64,000 bases of DNA, taken from positions 2,304,001 through 2,368,000 of the forward strand of contig CBDEGZ010000003.1 in assembly GCA_965238175.1 (NCBI GenBank). The letters run 5' to 3'. Made by a program: the position numbers and the translations under genes. Below the pieces are notes generated by a model that was given only the letters and a program-made list of their open reading frames with translations, ran no database searches and was not told where the DNA came from. Shown piece by piece: positions 33,462 to 44,156 of this stretch; the first letter of the stretch is position 1; the number at the start of each line of letters is the position of its first letter. The stretch comes from Gammaproteobacteria bacterium (GTDB taxonomy: Bacteria; Pseudomonadota; Gammaproteobacteria; CAJXQU01).

Positions 33462-34418
33462 TTAGTCTAATGCTCCACCGCAACTACTGCCCTGCCCGGC
33501 GGTACAGCCGTAACAATGATCGAGCACTGAGATAGGTCTGTTACTAAGCATTTTTGTGTTCAACTCGCTGATATGTTTTCGCCCTAAAGATGTCGGTAGA
33601 TCAAGCATTTGATTAAAATCACAGTCATATACATAACCTTGCCAGTCAACACTCAATATTGTCTTACACATAAGGGAGTCAAGGTTTTGCTCTTGGTAAT
33701 TATCACGCAGTGTTTGCATATAGGGTTCAAACTGTCCCTTGCTGACCAGCGTGCTACCGAAGCGTTTAATTGGCATATTAGTGATCGTAAATAAACTATT
33801 AAAGACGATGCCGTAATCTTGCTTTAGATGTTGCTTGTAAGCGATCTCCAATTCCATTTGTGCTGGTGGAAGTGCTGTACCTTGTGGATTGTAGACAAGG
33901 TTTAAAACCAACCCGGGGTTTTCTAACTTACCGTATCCAAGACAGTTTAGTTTTTGTAGAGACTTTATACTGTCGATAAATACACCATCACCACGCTGTT
34001 TATCGACATTGTCTTCCATATAACAAGGTAAAGAAGCGACAATTTCGACTTGATTCTCAGCAAGAAATTCTGCCGTAGTTTCATAACCTTCTTGCTGAAG
34101 TATGGTTAAGTTACAACGATCAACGACTTTGCAATCTTCATTTCTGGCAGCAATAACTAGATCCAGAAAATGTGGATTCATTTCAGGCGCGCCACCGGTC
34201 AAATCTAACGTTTTAATGTTTTCCGACTTTATGAATTCTATGATTTGATCGATGGTCTCACGATCCATAATTTCTTTGCGCTTTGGGCCTGCATTAACAT
34301 GGCAGTGCAGACAGATCTGATTACAAAGATAACCGAGGTTGACTTGAAGTGTTTCTAACTCCCGACGTGTAATTTCAGGAAAGTCCGTCGTTTGTAAAAG
34401 TGTGAGTGTATTATGCAT
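33462..34418 (-). CDS. arsS: arsenosugar biosynthesis radical SAM protein
   Basis: LQVNLGYLCNQICLHCHV (CX3CX2C), DLTGGAPEMNP, YDCDFNQML, HCYGCTAGQGSSCGG. Confidence 0.88.
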   Translation of the reverse strand: MHNTLTLLQTTDFPEITRRELETLQVNLGYLCNQICLHCHVNAGPKRKEIMDRETIDQIIEFIKSENIKTLDLTGGAPEMNPHFLDLVIAARNEDCKVVDRCNLTILQQEGYETTAEFLAENQVEIVASLPCYMEDNVDKQRGDGVFIDSIKSLQKLNCLGYGKLENPGLVLNLVYNPQGTALPPAQMELEIAYKQHLKQDYGIVFNSLFTITNMPIKRFGSTLVSKGQFEPYMQTLRDNYQEQNLDSLMCKTILSVDWQGYVYDCDFNQMLDLPTSLGRKHISELNTKMLSNRPISVLDHCYGCTAGQGSSCGGALD

Positions 34419-34461
34419 AGGTGGCAGAATTCTATTCTAAAAACTGAAATTTCAACAGGCT

Positions 34462-34608
34462 TATTCCCGTGAATGGTTAGAAATATTTATTTAAAGTGTA
34501 TCGGTTTTATTTAGAGCGAGGCTCGATCATCCTTGCAAAGAGAAGCAACGACACACTGGATAAAAACAGATCTGCTATAGACATGCATTTCCAAGTATCA
34601 CGGGGATA
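34462..34608. repeat. MITE/ERIC-like degenerate long inverted repeat (about 147 bp)
   Basis: Left arm TATTCCCGTGAATGGTTAGAAAT... vs reverse complement of right arm TATCCCCGTGATACTTGGAAAT...; similarity over about 55 bp; TA termini. Confidence 0.55.
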
Positions 34609-34704
34609 TAGTATCCTGCGTTTTTTACCAAACCAAATCCAATATATAACCAATCACTACTAAATATAACGATCTTAATCGTCGATAATAATCGCGAATC
34701 CATT

Positions 34705-36381
34705 ATGACCCAGAAAAACAAATACAGTTCACGCATCACACAACCGAAATCGCAAGGTGCTTCACAGGCAATGCTTTACGCTACCGGGCTAACAGAAAAA
34801 GATTTAGATAAAGCGCAAGTAGGTATATCCAGTGTCTGGTATGAAGGTAATCCTTGCAATATGCATCTTCTGGATCTTTCAGAAAAAGTGAAAGAAGGCG
34901 TTGTTGCAGCGGGTCTGGTCGGAATGCGCTTTAATACGATTGGGGTAAGCGATGGCATCTCCATGGGTACAGACGGCATGAGCTATTCCTTGCAATCACG
35001 TGATTTAATTGCAGATTCGATTGAAACAGTCATGGCTGGCCAATGGTACGACGCTAATATTTCGATTCCCGGTTGTGATAAAAATATGCCGGGTGTTTTG
35101 ATCGCGATGGGACGATTAAACCGACCTTCATTAATGATTTATGGTGGAACGATTAAACCCGGACATTGTAATAACGAGACATTAGATGTCGTATCGGCTT
35201 TTCAAAGCTACGGTCAATTTATTAGTGGAACCATTGATGAAGACACACGTCAGGAAATCATTAAAAAATCCTGTCCTGGTGCCGGTGCTTGCGGTGGTAT
35301 GTACACAGCGAACACGATGGCTTCAGCTATAGAAGCGATGGGTATGTCATTACCTTACAGTTCATCTATGCCAGCAGAAGATCCCGGTAAGTTAGAAGAA
35401 TGTAAGCGCGCGGGTGAAGCGATCCGAATTTTATTGGAACAAGATACTAAACCACGCGACATTATGACCCGTGAAGCGTTCGAAAATGCAATGGTTCTAA
35501 TTATTGTTCTGGGTGGATCAACCAATGCGGTTTTGCATTTGATCGCAATGGCGCGTTCTGTAGATGTTGAATTGACGATCGATGATTTTCAAAGTGTCAG
35601 TGATCGGATCCCTTTCCTGGCTGATTTAAAACCGAGTGGAAAATATGTAATGGAAGATGTTCACCACATTGGAGGTATTCCAGCAGTGATGAAGTTTCTA
35701 CTGGAAGAAGGCTTGATCAATGGTGATTGTATGACAGTAACAGGTAAAACAATCACCGAGAATTTGAATGATCTGCCTGGGCTAAAAGATGGTCAAGACA
35801 TTATCCGTACTTTAGACAATCCAATAAAAGAGTCCGGCCATATTCGTATCCTCAAAGGTAGTCTCGCACCTGAAGGTTCGGTGGCCAAAATCACTGGCAA
35901 AGAGGGACTTCACTTTAGTGGTCCTGCAAAGGTCTATGATTCTGAAGAAGATATGCTTGCAGCGCTTGAGCAAAATAAAATCGAAAAAGGCGATGTTGTG
36001 ATCATTCGTTATGAAGGACCACAAGGTGGGCCTGGAATGCCAGAAATGTTGACTCCAACATCAGCAATCATGGGTGCTGGTTTAGGATCGGATGTTGCAC
36101 TTTTAACTGATGGACGTTTTTCAGGTGGCTCGCATGGATTCATCGTTGGTCATATCGTACCGGAAGCTCAAGTCGGTGGTCCTATTGCGTTGGTTGAAGA
36201 AGGTGACATTATTACAATCAATGCAGAAACCAATCGTATTGATGTTGATGTGGCTGTAAACACGTTAGAAGAAAGACGCTCAAAATGGCAGCAACCACCC
36301 TATAAAGCGACGCGTGGAACATTATTCAAATATATAAAAACCGTCAAAACTGCCTCTGAAGGGTGTGTTACAGACGAATAA
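34705..36381 (+). CDS. ilvD: dihydroxy-acid dehydratase
   Basis: [50 protein letters not shown]. Confidence 0.95.
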   Translation: MTQKNKYSSRITQPKSQGASQAMLYATGLTEKDLDKAQVGISSVWYEGNPCNMHLLDLSEKVKEGVVAAGLVGMRFNTIGVSDGISMGTDGMSYSLQSRDLIADSIETVMAGQWYDANISIPGCDKNMPGVLIAMGRLNRPSLMIYGGTIKPGHCNNETLDVVSAFQSYGQFISGTIDEDTRQEIIKKSCPGAGACGGMYTANTMASAIEAMGMSLPYSSSMPAEDPGKLEECKRAGEAIRILLEQDTKPRDIMTREAFENAMVLIIVLGGSTNAVLHLIAMARSVDVELTIDDFQSVSDRIPFLADLKPSGKYVMEDVHHIGGIPAVMKFLLEEGLINGDCMTVTGKTITENLNDLPGLKDGQDIIRTLDNPIKESGHIRILKGSLAPEGSVAKITGKEGLHFSGPAKVYDSEEDMLAALEQNKIEKGDVVIIRYEGPQGGPGMPEMLTPTSAIMGAGLGSDVALLTDGRFSGGSHGFIVGHIVPEAQVGGPIALVEEGDIITINAETNRIDVDVAVNTLEERRSKWQQPPYKATRGTLFKYIKTVKTASEGCVTDE

Positions 36382-36398
36382 AGTTTATTACTTTTTCT

Positions 36399-36740
36399 AT
36401 GATAGACGACAAATCAACCAATAAACCATCCAAGACATCGGAAAGCCTGATTTTGGATCACCCAGAAATTAAGGGCTGGGTTGCGATCAGAAATGATGAA
36501 ACACAAAGTGTGGCTTCTGATCCTGCCGCTGAAAAATTGGGTGAAGTTTTGATCTATTTTAGTGAAATGTCGAGCTTAATTGGGGAGTCATTTGGTTTAG
36601 AAAAACCTGACGAGATACATATAGTTTGCGATGAGCTTACTGCTGTTTGTCTACCTGGTGCTAAGGAAACGGTGGGGATTATTTTTGATCAAGATACCAA
36701 ACCTAATCAATTTTTGGCCAAATATAAAACGACAAGATAG
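36399..36740 (+). CDS. small roadblock/longin-like hypothetical protein
   Basis: Helix-beta-helix-beta pattern (HPEIKGWVAI...IGESFGLE...VGIIF); translationally coupled to next ORF. Confidence 0.5.
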   Translation: MIDDKSTNKPSKTSESLILDHPEIKGWVAIRNDETQSVASDPAAEKLGEVLIYFSEMSSLIGESFGLEKPDEIHIVCDELTAVCLPGAKETVGIIFDQDTKPNQFLAKYKTTR

Positions 36741-37189
36741 TGTGTTTTCAGAAATATATTGATTCCATTCTAGACACTCCAAAAGTTGAAGGCTTGTTAT
36801 TGTTTGATCATGACGGAATTGTACATTTCGAACAGGTGCCTGACTATGCAGTCCAAACGTCACTAGAAAAATTACCGCGACGAATACTAATGATGTATGA
36901 CGTAATCGCGGATAATACTCAAAACTGTTCCGACTTTATCTTGAAGTTTGAAAAGAAAAATTTTTACTTCCGCAAAAGTTCTAATAAAAAAAATGGAGAC
37001 TTTATACTTGCAGTCATTAGTGATGCAGGGGTTAACTTTATTGCTTTAAAACTGATTACAAACTTGGCAATCAAAATGATCGAACTGAACGATAAGAATA
37101 GTTTGAATCAAAATAAGAAAAGAAAAAAAGCTCGTTCTGCATTGACTCAAAGAGGTCGTAAATTAGTTATTAAAAAGAAGTCTTCCTAA
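36740..37189 (+). CDS. roadblock-like hypothetical protein with basic C-terminal tail
   Basis: ILDTPKVEGLLLFDHDG...ILAVISDAGVNFIALKL resembles the roadblock/LC7 fold; K/R-rich tail. Confidence 0.55.
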   Translation: MCFQKYIDSILDTPKVEGLLLFDHDGIVHFEQVPDYAVQTSLEKLPRRILMMYDVIADNTQNCSDFILKFEKKNFYFRKSSNKKNGDFILAVISDAGVNFIALKLITNLAIKMIELNDKNSLNQNKKRKKARSALTQRGRKLVIKKKSS

Positions 37190-37230
37190 GTTGCTAAAAA
37201 TACTGAAAAGTACTGGTTAAGACTTATAAA

Positions 37231-37863
37231 TCATAAAGTTCGGCTGTACTCTTTATAGTATTTTAAGACTTTTTTTACGTAATGCTGTGTTTCCTTATAA
37301 GGTGGTATTTCGTTTCCGTACTTGGCGACTGCACCCTCCCCGGCATTATAAGCAGCCAAGGCTAATTCTTTATCATTATCAAACATTTTTAGAAGATCCC
37401 GCAGGTAACGGGTCCCTCCGGCTATATTCGCTTCAGGATCTTTACTATTCTTAACGCCATACCGTTCAGCAGTTGCAGGCATTAACTGCATCATTCCAAC
37501 AGCACCTGCCTTTGAGATCGCTTTTGGATCATAAGCAGATTCAGCCCTGATTACCGCATGTACTAAAGCATTTGGAATTTTGTTTTTTTTAGCAGCTGTT
37601 TTAATCAGCTCACCAAATTTCTTCTGACGCTTGAGCATCGCTCCATAACTATATTTTTTCTCTCTCCAACCTTTCCATGTTTTAACTAATAATTTGTAGC
37701 CCTTATGATTTGGGCGATCTGTCAAATAGACATGACCATTTTTGTCAGTGTATTTGTAAACATCGGCATTAATAGAATTGGAAACGAATAATAAAGTAGT
37801 AATATACGTTACTGAAGCAAACATCTTCAATCGAGCAGAAAAACGTTTTTGCAATATCTTCAT
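37231..37863 (-). CDS. SLT lytic transglycosylase with DUF4124-like N-terminus
   Basis: VYKYTDKNGHVYLTD; AESAY, GAVGMMQLMP, AAYNAG, PPYKETQHYV. Confidence 0.92.
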   Translation of the reverse strand: MKILQKRFSARLKMFASVTYITTLLFVSNSINADVYKYTDKNGHVYLTDRPNHKGYKLLVKTWKGWREKKYSYGAMLKRQKKFGELIKTAAKKNKIPNALVHAVIRAESAYDPKAISKAGAVGMMQLMPATAERYGVKNSKDPEANIAGGTRYLRDLLKMFDNDKELALAAYNAGEGAVAKYGNEIPPYKETQHYVKKVLKYYKEYSRTL

Positions 37864-37920
37864 ATAGTTAAAAACTCAATTTAATCGACATGACAATCTC
37901 TGGTAACCAGCATTTAGTAA

Positions 37921-38409
37921 TTACTCTAAAACAACTAGAATCTGCATACTAATAAGTGCAAAAATTCCCGCTATTAAATCGTCCAACATTATTCCAAAAC
38001 CACCTGTAACACGTTGATCTACTAATCCTATAGGCCATGGCTTCCAAATATCAAATATTCGAAACAAGATAAAACCGATCAAAACCCATACCCAACCAGT
38101 TGGAGCAATAGTCATCGTTACTAAATAACCAACAACTTCATCCCAAACGATTCCTGGGTGATCATGAACACCTAACTCATTAGCAGTTCGTTCACAAAGC
38201 CAGATCCCAAATATAAACAAAGAGACTGAAACCAAACAATAAACTACAATCGATAAAGGCTTCATAAGTAGAAATAATGGAATTCCGATCAAAGTTCCAA
38301 AGGTACCTGGTGCCTTTAAGGCAAGACCTGTGCCAAAGCCTAGCGAGAGGCAATGAAATGGATCTTTGAGGAGAGTGGGTTCGATCTTAGGGTTTTCATG
38401 ACTTGCCAT
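37921..38409 (-). CDS. pgpA: phosphatidylglycerophosphatase A
   Basis: GFGTGLALKAPGTFGT, DHPGIVWDEVVG, FRIFDIWKPWPI, GIMLDD. Confidence 0.95.
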   Translation of the reverse strand: MASHENPKIEPTLLKDPFHCLSLGFGTGLALKAPGTFGTLIGIPLFLLMKPLSIVVYCLVSVSLFIFGIWLCERTANELGVHDHPGIVWDEVVGYLVTMTIAPTGWVWVLIGFILFRIFDIWKPWPIGLVDQRVTGGFGIMLDDLIAGIFALISMQILVVLE

Positions 38410-38424
38410 AGTTTGTGATAACTC

Positions 38425-38868
38425 TTATTTTCTGCACCGGTTTGACCACCATTCAGGAACGTCAATATTTTCAAAAACATCATAGTCATCGTAAGGCTTA
38501 AGATCCAGAATAGGTGTGCCATCAAACGCATCCAGCTTTTTTACTTTAAGATGATTTTCGTTTCGTTCTAATAATTCAACAACGGCCAAACCAATCGGGT
38601 TAGGCCTGTTCCTGCTCCGTGTAGCAAGGATCCCAGAAAGCGGCAAATTTTTGTCACCTCGTGGGTAAATATGTTGTTCTACAGCTTTAGATCCTATCTT
38701 ATGTAACCAGAATAAAACAAAAATATGTGAATATTCTTCAATATTAAGTAGAGAATCACTCCATTCTGGTTCAATAATTATTTTGGAAATGATCTCCGCT
38801 CGACATTTCGCGATCTGTTGATCCTCAATGTTGTTCTCAACGTATCCGATGGGCTTCAGATGAATCAT
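38425..38868 (-). CDS. TsaA/TrmO-like tRNA methyltransferase domain protein
   Basis: LKPIG, YSHIFVLFWLH, ATRSRNRPNPIGL, DGTPILDLKPY. Confidence 0.85.
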   Translation of the reverse strand: MIHLKPIGYVENNIEDQQIAKCRAEIISKIIIEPEWSDSLLNIEEYSHIFVLFWLHKIGSKAVEQHIYPRGDKNLPLSGILATRSRNRPNPIGLAVVELLERNENHLKVKKLDAFDGTPILDLKPYDDYDVFENIDVPEWWSNRCRK

Positions 38869-39124
38869 AGTTTCTTTCTTCCGACAAATATGGAAATGAT
38901 GTGTCGTTACCAATTGATTTTAAATAGATAATTACACATTAGTGAGCTATCTTTAATGTAGCTCAACCAGGAAATTATTTAAAATAATAGGCAAAGTTTA
39001 ATACACAATACTTGATTGCAAATTGTTTTTCTGACCCATTAGCTTGCAATCTATTATATTTGTTTATTTAAAGTAATTAGGAGGCCGCCCTAAGCAGATG
39101 TTTCCAATCAGTTTTTTTCTGAAA

Positions 39125-39141
39125 TTGGCTTGGATTTTGCT
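39125..39141 (+). promoter_or_regulatory. candidate sigma54 (-24/-12) promoter
   Basis: TTGGCTTGGATTTTGCT with GG-N10-GC spacing, about 100 bp upstream of the GGDEF-EAL gene. Confidence 0.5.
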
Positions 39142-39237
39142 TTAATTAACATATAAAAACGAAGCAGCATCATGTGTGAATTTTATAATAAAGCACAAGA
39201 TTGTTAGCGTAGGTTACTCAGGGGCTACGGTCAGGCA

Positions 39238-41676
39238 TTGAAACTACAAGCTAAAATTCTATTTATACTTTCACCCTTAGCGATAATTCCGTTGTTGTTA
39301 GTTGGCTGGATCACCTATTCTGAAATAACAACAAATAATCGGCAAAGTACTATAGAAATTCTTAAGCTTCTTAGCGAAGATACATCCGAGATCCTGAAAA
39401 TACGAATTAAAGAAACAGAAAGCGTTGCCAGTCTCTTAACAGAGTCTACATTGCTGAGCACATTCATTCGAAGCACTAATGTATATGAAAAGTATAATCA
39501 CCTGATGCCAAAAGTTTCAAGGCAATTTTCATACTATCTACAAATCTATCCGGAAATAGTTAATATTCGCTTAAGTGATTCTTCTGGTGACTTAATTTTA
39601 AACATACCAGAAGGTTCTAAACCTTCGATAAAAAGGAATAATTCGAAAAACACTAACTCTACGACCTCAGTATTCGAAGATCCCAATAAACAACCCTTAT
39701 ATCTTCACACTGTAGAACTCTTCAATGGAAACCATGACGCAAGGATAGGAGAATCTTTATTTGGATACCTTGATATCGTTTTGTCTATGTCTGTTATGGA
39801 TACTGCGATAGAAAAAGCCTTTAATGAAAAATACGGAACCATATTCTTCGTCGATAAGAGTGGGGATCGTATTCGCGATACCTTTGATTTGGGTTTAACT
39901 GGAAAATTATCATTACCGGATGTTAGCAATCTTATCCAACTAAAGAATGGTTTATTGCCCCAAGAAATTCAATTTGAAAGGGGTAAGGCCTATATACAAG
40001 GTTATAAAGTCGATCCTGATTTGTATATGTTTAGCTTACTTAATGATCAACAAATCATTGCTGATAGTAGTAGTTATTTCAAACATATAACTAGCATTGT
40101 AGGCATTAGTGTCTTCCTCTTTGTGATACTGAGTTTTCTTTCGATCAAATATCTATTGATCAAACCTGTTCAGAAATTAGGCTCTGCTGCACAAGAGATA
40201 GGTAGAGGTAATCTCGGCTTTAAACTCGATATCAACAGTAATGATGAATTGGGTGAACTATCAACCTCGTTAAAGGAAATGAGCCTGAATTTACGTCAAT
40301 CCAATGAGCAAATTCGTTATTTCGCCTACCATGATAGTTTAACAAAACTACCAAATCGATTGATGTTTGGAGAATATCTAGGCCATGCTTTGGCTCATGC
40401 GAAACGTCGTGATCAATCATTAGCTCTGATGTATCTTGATTTAGATGATTTTAAAGTGATTAATGACACACTAGGTCATCAAGCTGGTGACGCGGTTCTA
40501 AGAGAACTTTCTACCAGACTCTCAGACTGTTTACGAACAGAAGATTATTTAGGATATCCTGAAATCTCACGATCAGAAACTGAAACTGTAGCCCGACTTG
40601 GCGGTGATGAATTTATCATTTTCTTGCCTAATATCGACAATCCATATGAGGCGGCGACAGTGGCAAACCAAGTTCTTGAATCCATTGCAATTCCATTCCA
40701 TGTTGAAAATAGAGATCTACATGTCAGTGCCAGTATTGGCATTACAACTTTTCCTAAGGATGGCCAAGATGCTGAAACACTGATCAGAAATGCTGATATG
40801 GCAATGTATCATGCGAAGGAAAAAGGTAAAAACGCTTATAGCTATTATCAAGAGTCAATGAATATTGCAGCATTTGAGCGTTTAAATCTGCAAAATGAAC
40901 TACGTCAGGCACTCGCTAACGATGAGCTTGTTCTTTTTTACCAACCACAAGTAGATTTAAATAATGGCAACATTGTCAGTGTAGAAGCATTAATCCGTTG
41001 GCGACATCCTGTAAAAGGTTTAATTCGACCGGATCGATTTATTCCGATTGCTGAGCAGTCAGAACTCATTGTTCCTATTGGTGAATGGGTGTTAAGAGAG
41101 GCTTGTAAACAAGCGAAAATCTGGCATCAAGCTGGACATACCGATCTTTGCGTATCAGTAAATGTTTCTGCATCACAGCTGCACCGCCACGACTTAAAAG
41201 AAATTATTAACGAGACGCTAATCTCAAATAAATTACCTGCTGAAGCTCTTGAGATCGAATTAACAGAGACAACAATCAGTAACTCTGAAGAAATCGTGTT
41301 TGAAACATTAACCGCCATTAAATCGCTTGGTGTTCGTATTGCAATGGATGACTTTGGTACCGGCTATTCTTCATTAAGTTATCTTAATAAATTACCTATC
41401 GATAAGATCAAGGTTGATCGCAGTTTCGTACAAAAAATTACTTCAGAAACCACTCATGCACCAATTATCACAGCCATTCTAGCAATGGCTCACAGTCTGG
41501 ATTTACCTGTAACTGCAGAAGGTGTTGAGTTACAAGCTCAGGTTGATTTTCTCAAAGACAAAGGGTGCGGCTTAATTCAAGGCTATCTAATCAGCCATCC
41601 TGTTTCTACCGATGATATTTCGAAATTGCTTATGGAAAAAATATCTATTAAGGAAATTGTCAATCAGCCGATATAA
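39238..41676 (+). CDS. membrane sensor-HAMP-GGDEF-EAL protein
   Basis: Two TMs flanking a periplasmic domain, HAMP (DELGEL), GGDEF, EAL, DDFGTGYSS, AEGVE. Confidence 0.93.
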   Translation: MKLQAKILFILSPLAIIPLLLVGWITYSEITTNNRQSTIEILKLLSEDTSEILKIRIKETESVASLLTESTLLSTFIRSTNVYEKYNHLMPKVSRQFSYYLQIYPEIVNIRLSDSSGDLILNIPEGSKPSIKRNNSKNTNSTTSVFEDPNKQPLYLHTVELFNGNHDARIGESLFGYLDIVLSMSVMDTAIEKAFNEKYGTIFFVDKSGDRIRDTFDLGLTGKLSLPDVSNLIQLKNGLLPQEIQFERGKAYIQGYKVDPDLYMFSLLNDQQIIADSSSYFKHITSIVGISVFLFVILSFLSIKYLLIKPVQKLGSAAQEIGRGNLGFKLDINSNDELGELSTSLKEMSLNLRQSNEQIRYFAYHDSLTKLPNRLMFGEYLGHALAHAKRRDQSLALMYLDLDDFKVINDTLGHQAGDAVLRELSTRLSDCLRTEDYLGYPEISRSETETVARLGGDEFIIFLPNIDNPYEAATVANQVLESIAIPFHVENRDLHVSASIGITTFPKDGQDAETLIRNADMAMYHAKEKGKNAYSYYQESMNIAAFERLNLQNELRQALANDELVLFYQPQVDLNNGNIVSVEALIRWRHPVKGLIRPDRFIPIAEQSELIVPIGEWVLREACKQAKIWHQAGHTDLCVSVNVSASQLHRHDLKEIINETLISNKLPAEALEIELTETTISNSEEIVFETLTAIKSLGVRIAMDDFGTGYSSLSYLNKLPIDKIKVDRSFVQKITSETTHAPIITAILAMAHSLDLPVTAEGVELQAQVDFLKDKGCGLIQGYLISHPVSTDDISKLLMEKISIKEIVNQPI

Positions 41677-41736
41677 AACTTAATGTCGCAAAGTACGTGC
41701 ATCAACGTAAACCATAAGTTTACCTGGGGATAAAAT

Positions 41737-41886
41737 ATGGCTATTTCAAAATGGATCGGTGGTATCTTGATATTAATCGCCTTTGTTATTGCGGGGAAAT
41801 TACAAGCATCTACGCTTGAATATAGTGTATATCTCGAACAGGAAGAATCCAGTTTAAAATCAAAAAAATCATACGCCAGTTTCTGA
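41737..41886 (+). CDS. putative 49-aa small membrane/secreted protein (below track cutoff)
   Basis: GGGGA RBS; MAISKWIGGILILIAFVIAGKLQASTLEYSVYLEQEESSLKSKKSYASF. Confidence 0.4.
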   Translation: MAISKWIGGILILIAFVIAGKLQASTLEYSVYLEQEESSLKSKKSYASF

Positions 41887-42171
41887 TAGAAATAGAGGAT
41901 CTTAGGAAACTAAATATCAATGAAAGGTACTAAGTTCTAAAATAGTTTGCAAAATCGTTGATACGCTAGGTCTTAACATAACACCTGCGTAGTATTTCTT
42001 ATCTCAAGTTCAAGTTAAATAGTAATCTGTTTTAATTATCAATTCTAAATTAATTGTTAATTACGCTAATACATGTTTATTATGTGTGTTTTTAGCGCTT
42101 ATAATAACCGCTGATATTAAGCTTCGGGCACAGATATAATCTCTTGTCCGAAACAAAGGGGAAACCTTAAG

Positions 42172-42834
42172 ATGGATCCAGTTGAAATAGGTAAAGAAGA
42201 GTCACTTACTGAAGAACATAAAGTCACTCCAATAAACAGGAGCCGCGCAAAACGAACAAAAGCTTACCGAAAGCTTGAAAAGAAACAAATCCGAACTCGT
42301 AATATTGCTGCATTGATATTCCTTGTTCTTATCTGTGGGATCACACTCTCTGTAGCCTCGTTAAAACATTTTTCAAGTGAAAATAGAACCCTTGAGAGTG
42401 ATCTAAATCAAGCTAACCTACAAATAGAAGCATTGGTAACAGATACGCAATCGCTACGTTTGGAAAATGATAATTTAGTTCAGGGTCGCATCCCTGGTTT
42501 AATTCCAATCAAATTTGATGACCCTCATAAAATTGAAAATCAAATGCTAAAGAGTGTAGTTTTTACAAAAACAAAACATAACGGCCAAACCCGTTACGAG
42601 TATCTAGCTGTGGTGGCAAACAATACTGAAGACGTTATCAGACCAGCGAGTTTACTGATATTTTTCAACAAGCTCGGAGTTGAAGTTGGTAAAGGGCGTA
42701 TTGCAATTGCACTGGACTTTGATAATCAAGTTAAAATGATTGCGCTACAACCGGGAGAAAGTCATTCTTTTACTGGTGCAATAGATTTGATCAGCGACGA
42801 CGAACCAAAATATTTTAAACTCATCGAACAGTAG
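42172..42834 (+). CDS. hypothetical single-TM protein with coiled coil and beta-rich periplasmic domain
   Basis: Basic N-terminus, TM, heptad stretch, ALQPGESHSF motif. Confidence 0.65.
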   Translation: MDPVEIGKEESLTEEHKVTPINRSRAKRTKAYRKLEKKQIRTRNIAALIFLVLICGITLSVASLKHFSSENRTLESDLNQANLQIEALVTDTQSLRLENDNLVQGRIPGLIPIKFDDPHKIENQMLKSVVFTKTKHNGQTRYEYLAVVANNTEDVIRPASLLIFFNKLGVEVGKGRIAIALDFDNQVKMIALQPGESHSFTGAIDLISDDEPKYFKLIEQ

Positions 42835-42940
42835 TTATCTCTAGTAAATACCTCCGGGTCGTCAGAAGCGTTTCATTTATCTGGCCATCTATATGGCATG
42901 CTGGCTATAATGCCCGATTGTTTAATTTGCTTTGTTCTGA

Positions 42941-44146
42941 ATGACACCACGAATCTCACAATTACATGCCTACCCTTTTGAACGATTAGCAAAAATTAAA
43001 GCGGAATCTCAATCGAACTCTGGGAAAACACCAATAGATATGTCGATTGGTGAACCAAAGCATCCAACTCCGGCATTCATTAAAGAAGAATTAATCAATA
43101 AACTTGATTCAATGGCTGTATATCCCACGACACGCGGTCATGATCTACTACGAACGACGATTAGCGATTGGCTGATCAACCGCTTTAAATTGCCACTAGA
43201 TTCTCTCGAAATTGATCAAGTTTTACCGGTAAATGGTACGCGTGAGGCGTTATTCGCAATCGCACAATGTGTTGTTGATATTACAGCTCAGAAAAAACCG
43301 CTGATCATTTCCCCAAATCCTTTTTACCAAATTTATGAAGGAGCTGCCTTGCTCGCTGGTGCTGAACCTTATTATGCAAACTGCACACAAGAAACTAACT
43401 ACCTACCTGATTTCGATAGTGTTCCAACAGAAATCTGGAAGCAATGCCAGCTAGTTTATATCTGCTCTCCTGGTAATCCGACTGGCGCAGTTCTGCCAGA
43501 GCAAGATCTGATTAAGTTGCTAGCGCTTTCTGATCAATATAATTTTGTTATTGCTTCAGATGAATGCTACTCAGAAATTTATTTTGACGAAGAGAATCCA
43601 CCGATTGGTTTACTTGAAGCGGCGGCCCGATCAAATCGTCTTGATTATAAAAATTGTCTGGTATTTCATAGCTTATCCAAACGATCAAATGTGCCTGGCT
43701 TACGATCAGGTTTTGTCGCCGGCGACAAAGAGCTGATCAAAAAATTTTTGTTATATCGAACTTATCATGGTTGTGCGATGCCACTACCAACCCAGTATGC
43801 AAGTATTGCCGCATGGCAAAATGAAGAACATGTGATAGAAAACCGACAACAGTACCGCGAAAAATTCGATGTCGTTCTGGAATTACTCTCACCCGTATTG
43901 AATGTAGAGAAACCAGAGGCCGGGTTCTACTTGTGGCCCGAAGTGCCAATGAATGATGTAACATTTGCAAGTGAGCTAATGAAGACGCAAAATATAACCG
44001 TCTTGCCAGGTAGCTTTTTGGCCAGGGAGTCGAGTGGTATAAATCCCGGTGAAAACAGAGTGAGAATTGCGCTGGTAGCCACGCTTGATCAAACCGTTGA
44101 AGCGGCTGAAAGAATAAAAGAGTTTATCAAATCATCAACAATTTAA
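42941..44146 (+). CDS. dapC: succinyldiaminopimelate transaminase
   Basis: [47 protein letters not shown]; upstream of dapD. Confidence 0.92.
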   Translation: MTPRISQLHAYPFERLAKIKAESQSNSGKTPIDMSIGEPKHPTPAFIKEELINKLDSMAVYPTTRGHDLLRTTISDWLINRFKLPLDSLEIDQVLPVNGTREALFAIAQCVVDITAQKKPLIISPNPFYQIYEGAALLAGAEPYYANCTQETNYLPDFDSVPTEIWKQCQLVYICSPGNPTGAVLPEQDLIKLLALSDQYNFVIASDECYSEIYFDEENPPIGLLEAAARSNRLDYKNCLVFHSLSKRSNVPGLRSGFVAGDKELIKKFLLYRTYHGCAMPLPTQYASIAAWQNEEHVIENRQQYREKFDVVLELLSPVLNVEKPEAGFYLWPEVPMNDVTFASELMKTQNITVLPGSFLARESSGINPGENRVRIALVATLDQTVEAAERIKEFIKSSTI

Positions 44147-44156
44147 GAGAATAATA

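Noticed and set aside
42123-42152. Hairpin upstream of the 42172 ORF as a riboswitch
   Set aside because: A single short stem with no recognisable aptamer motif
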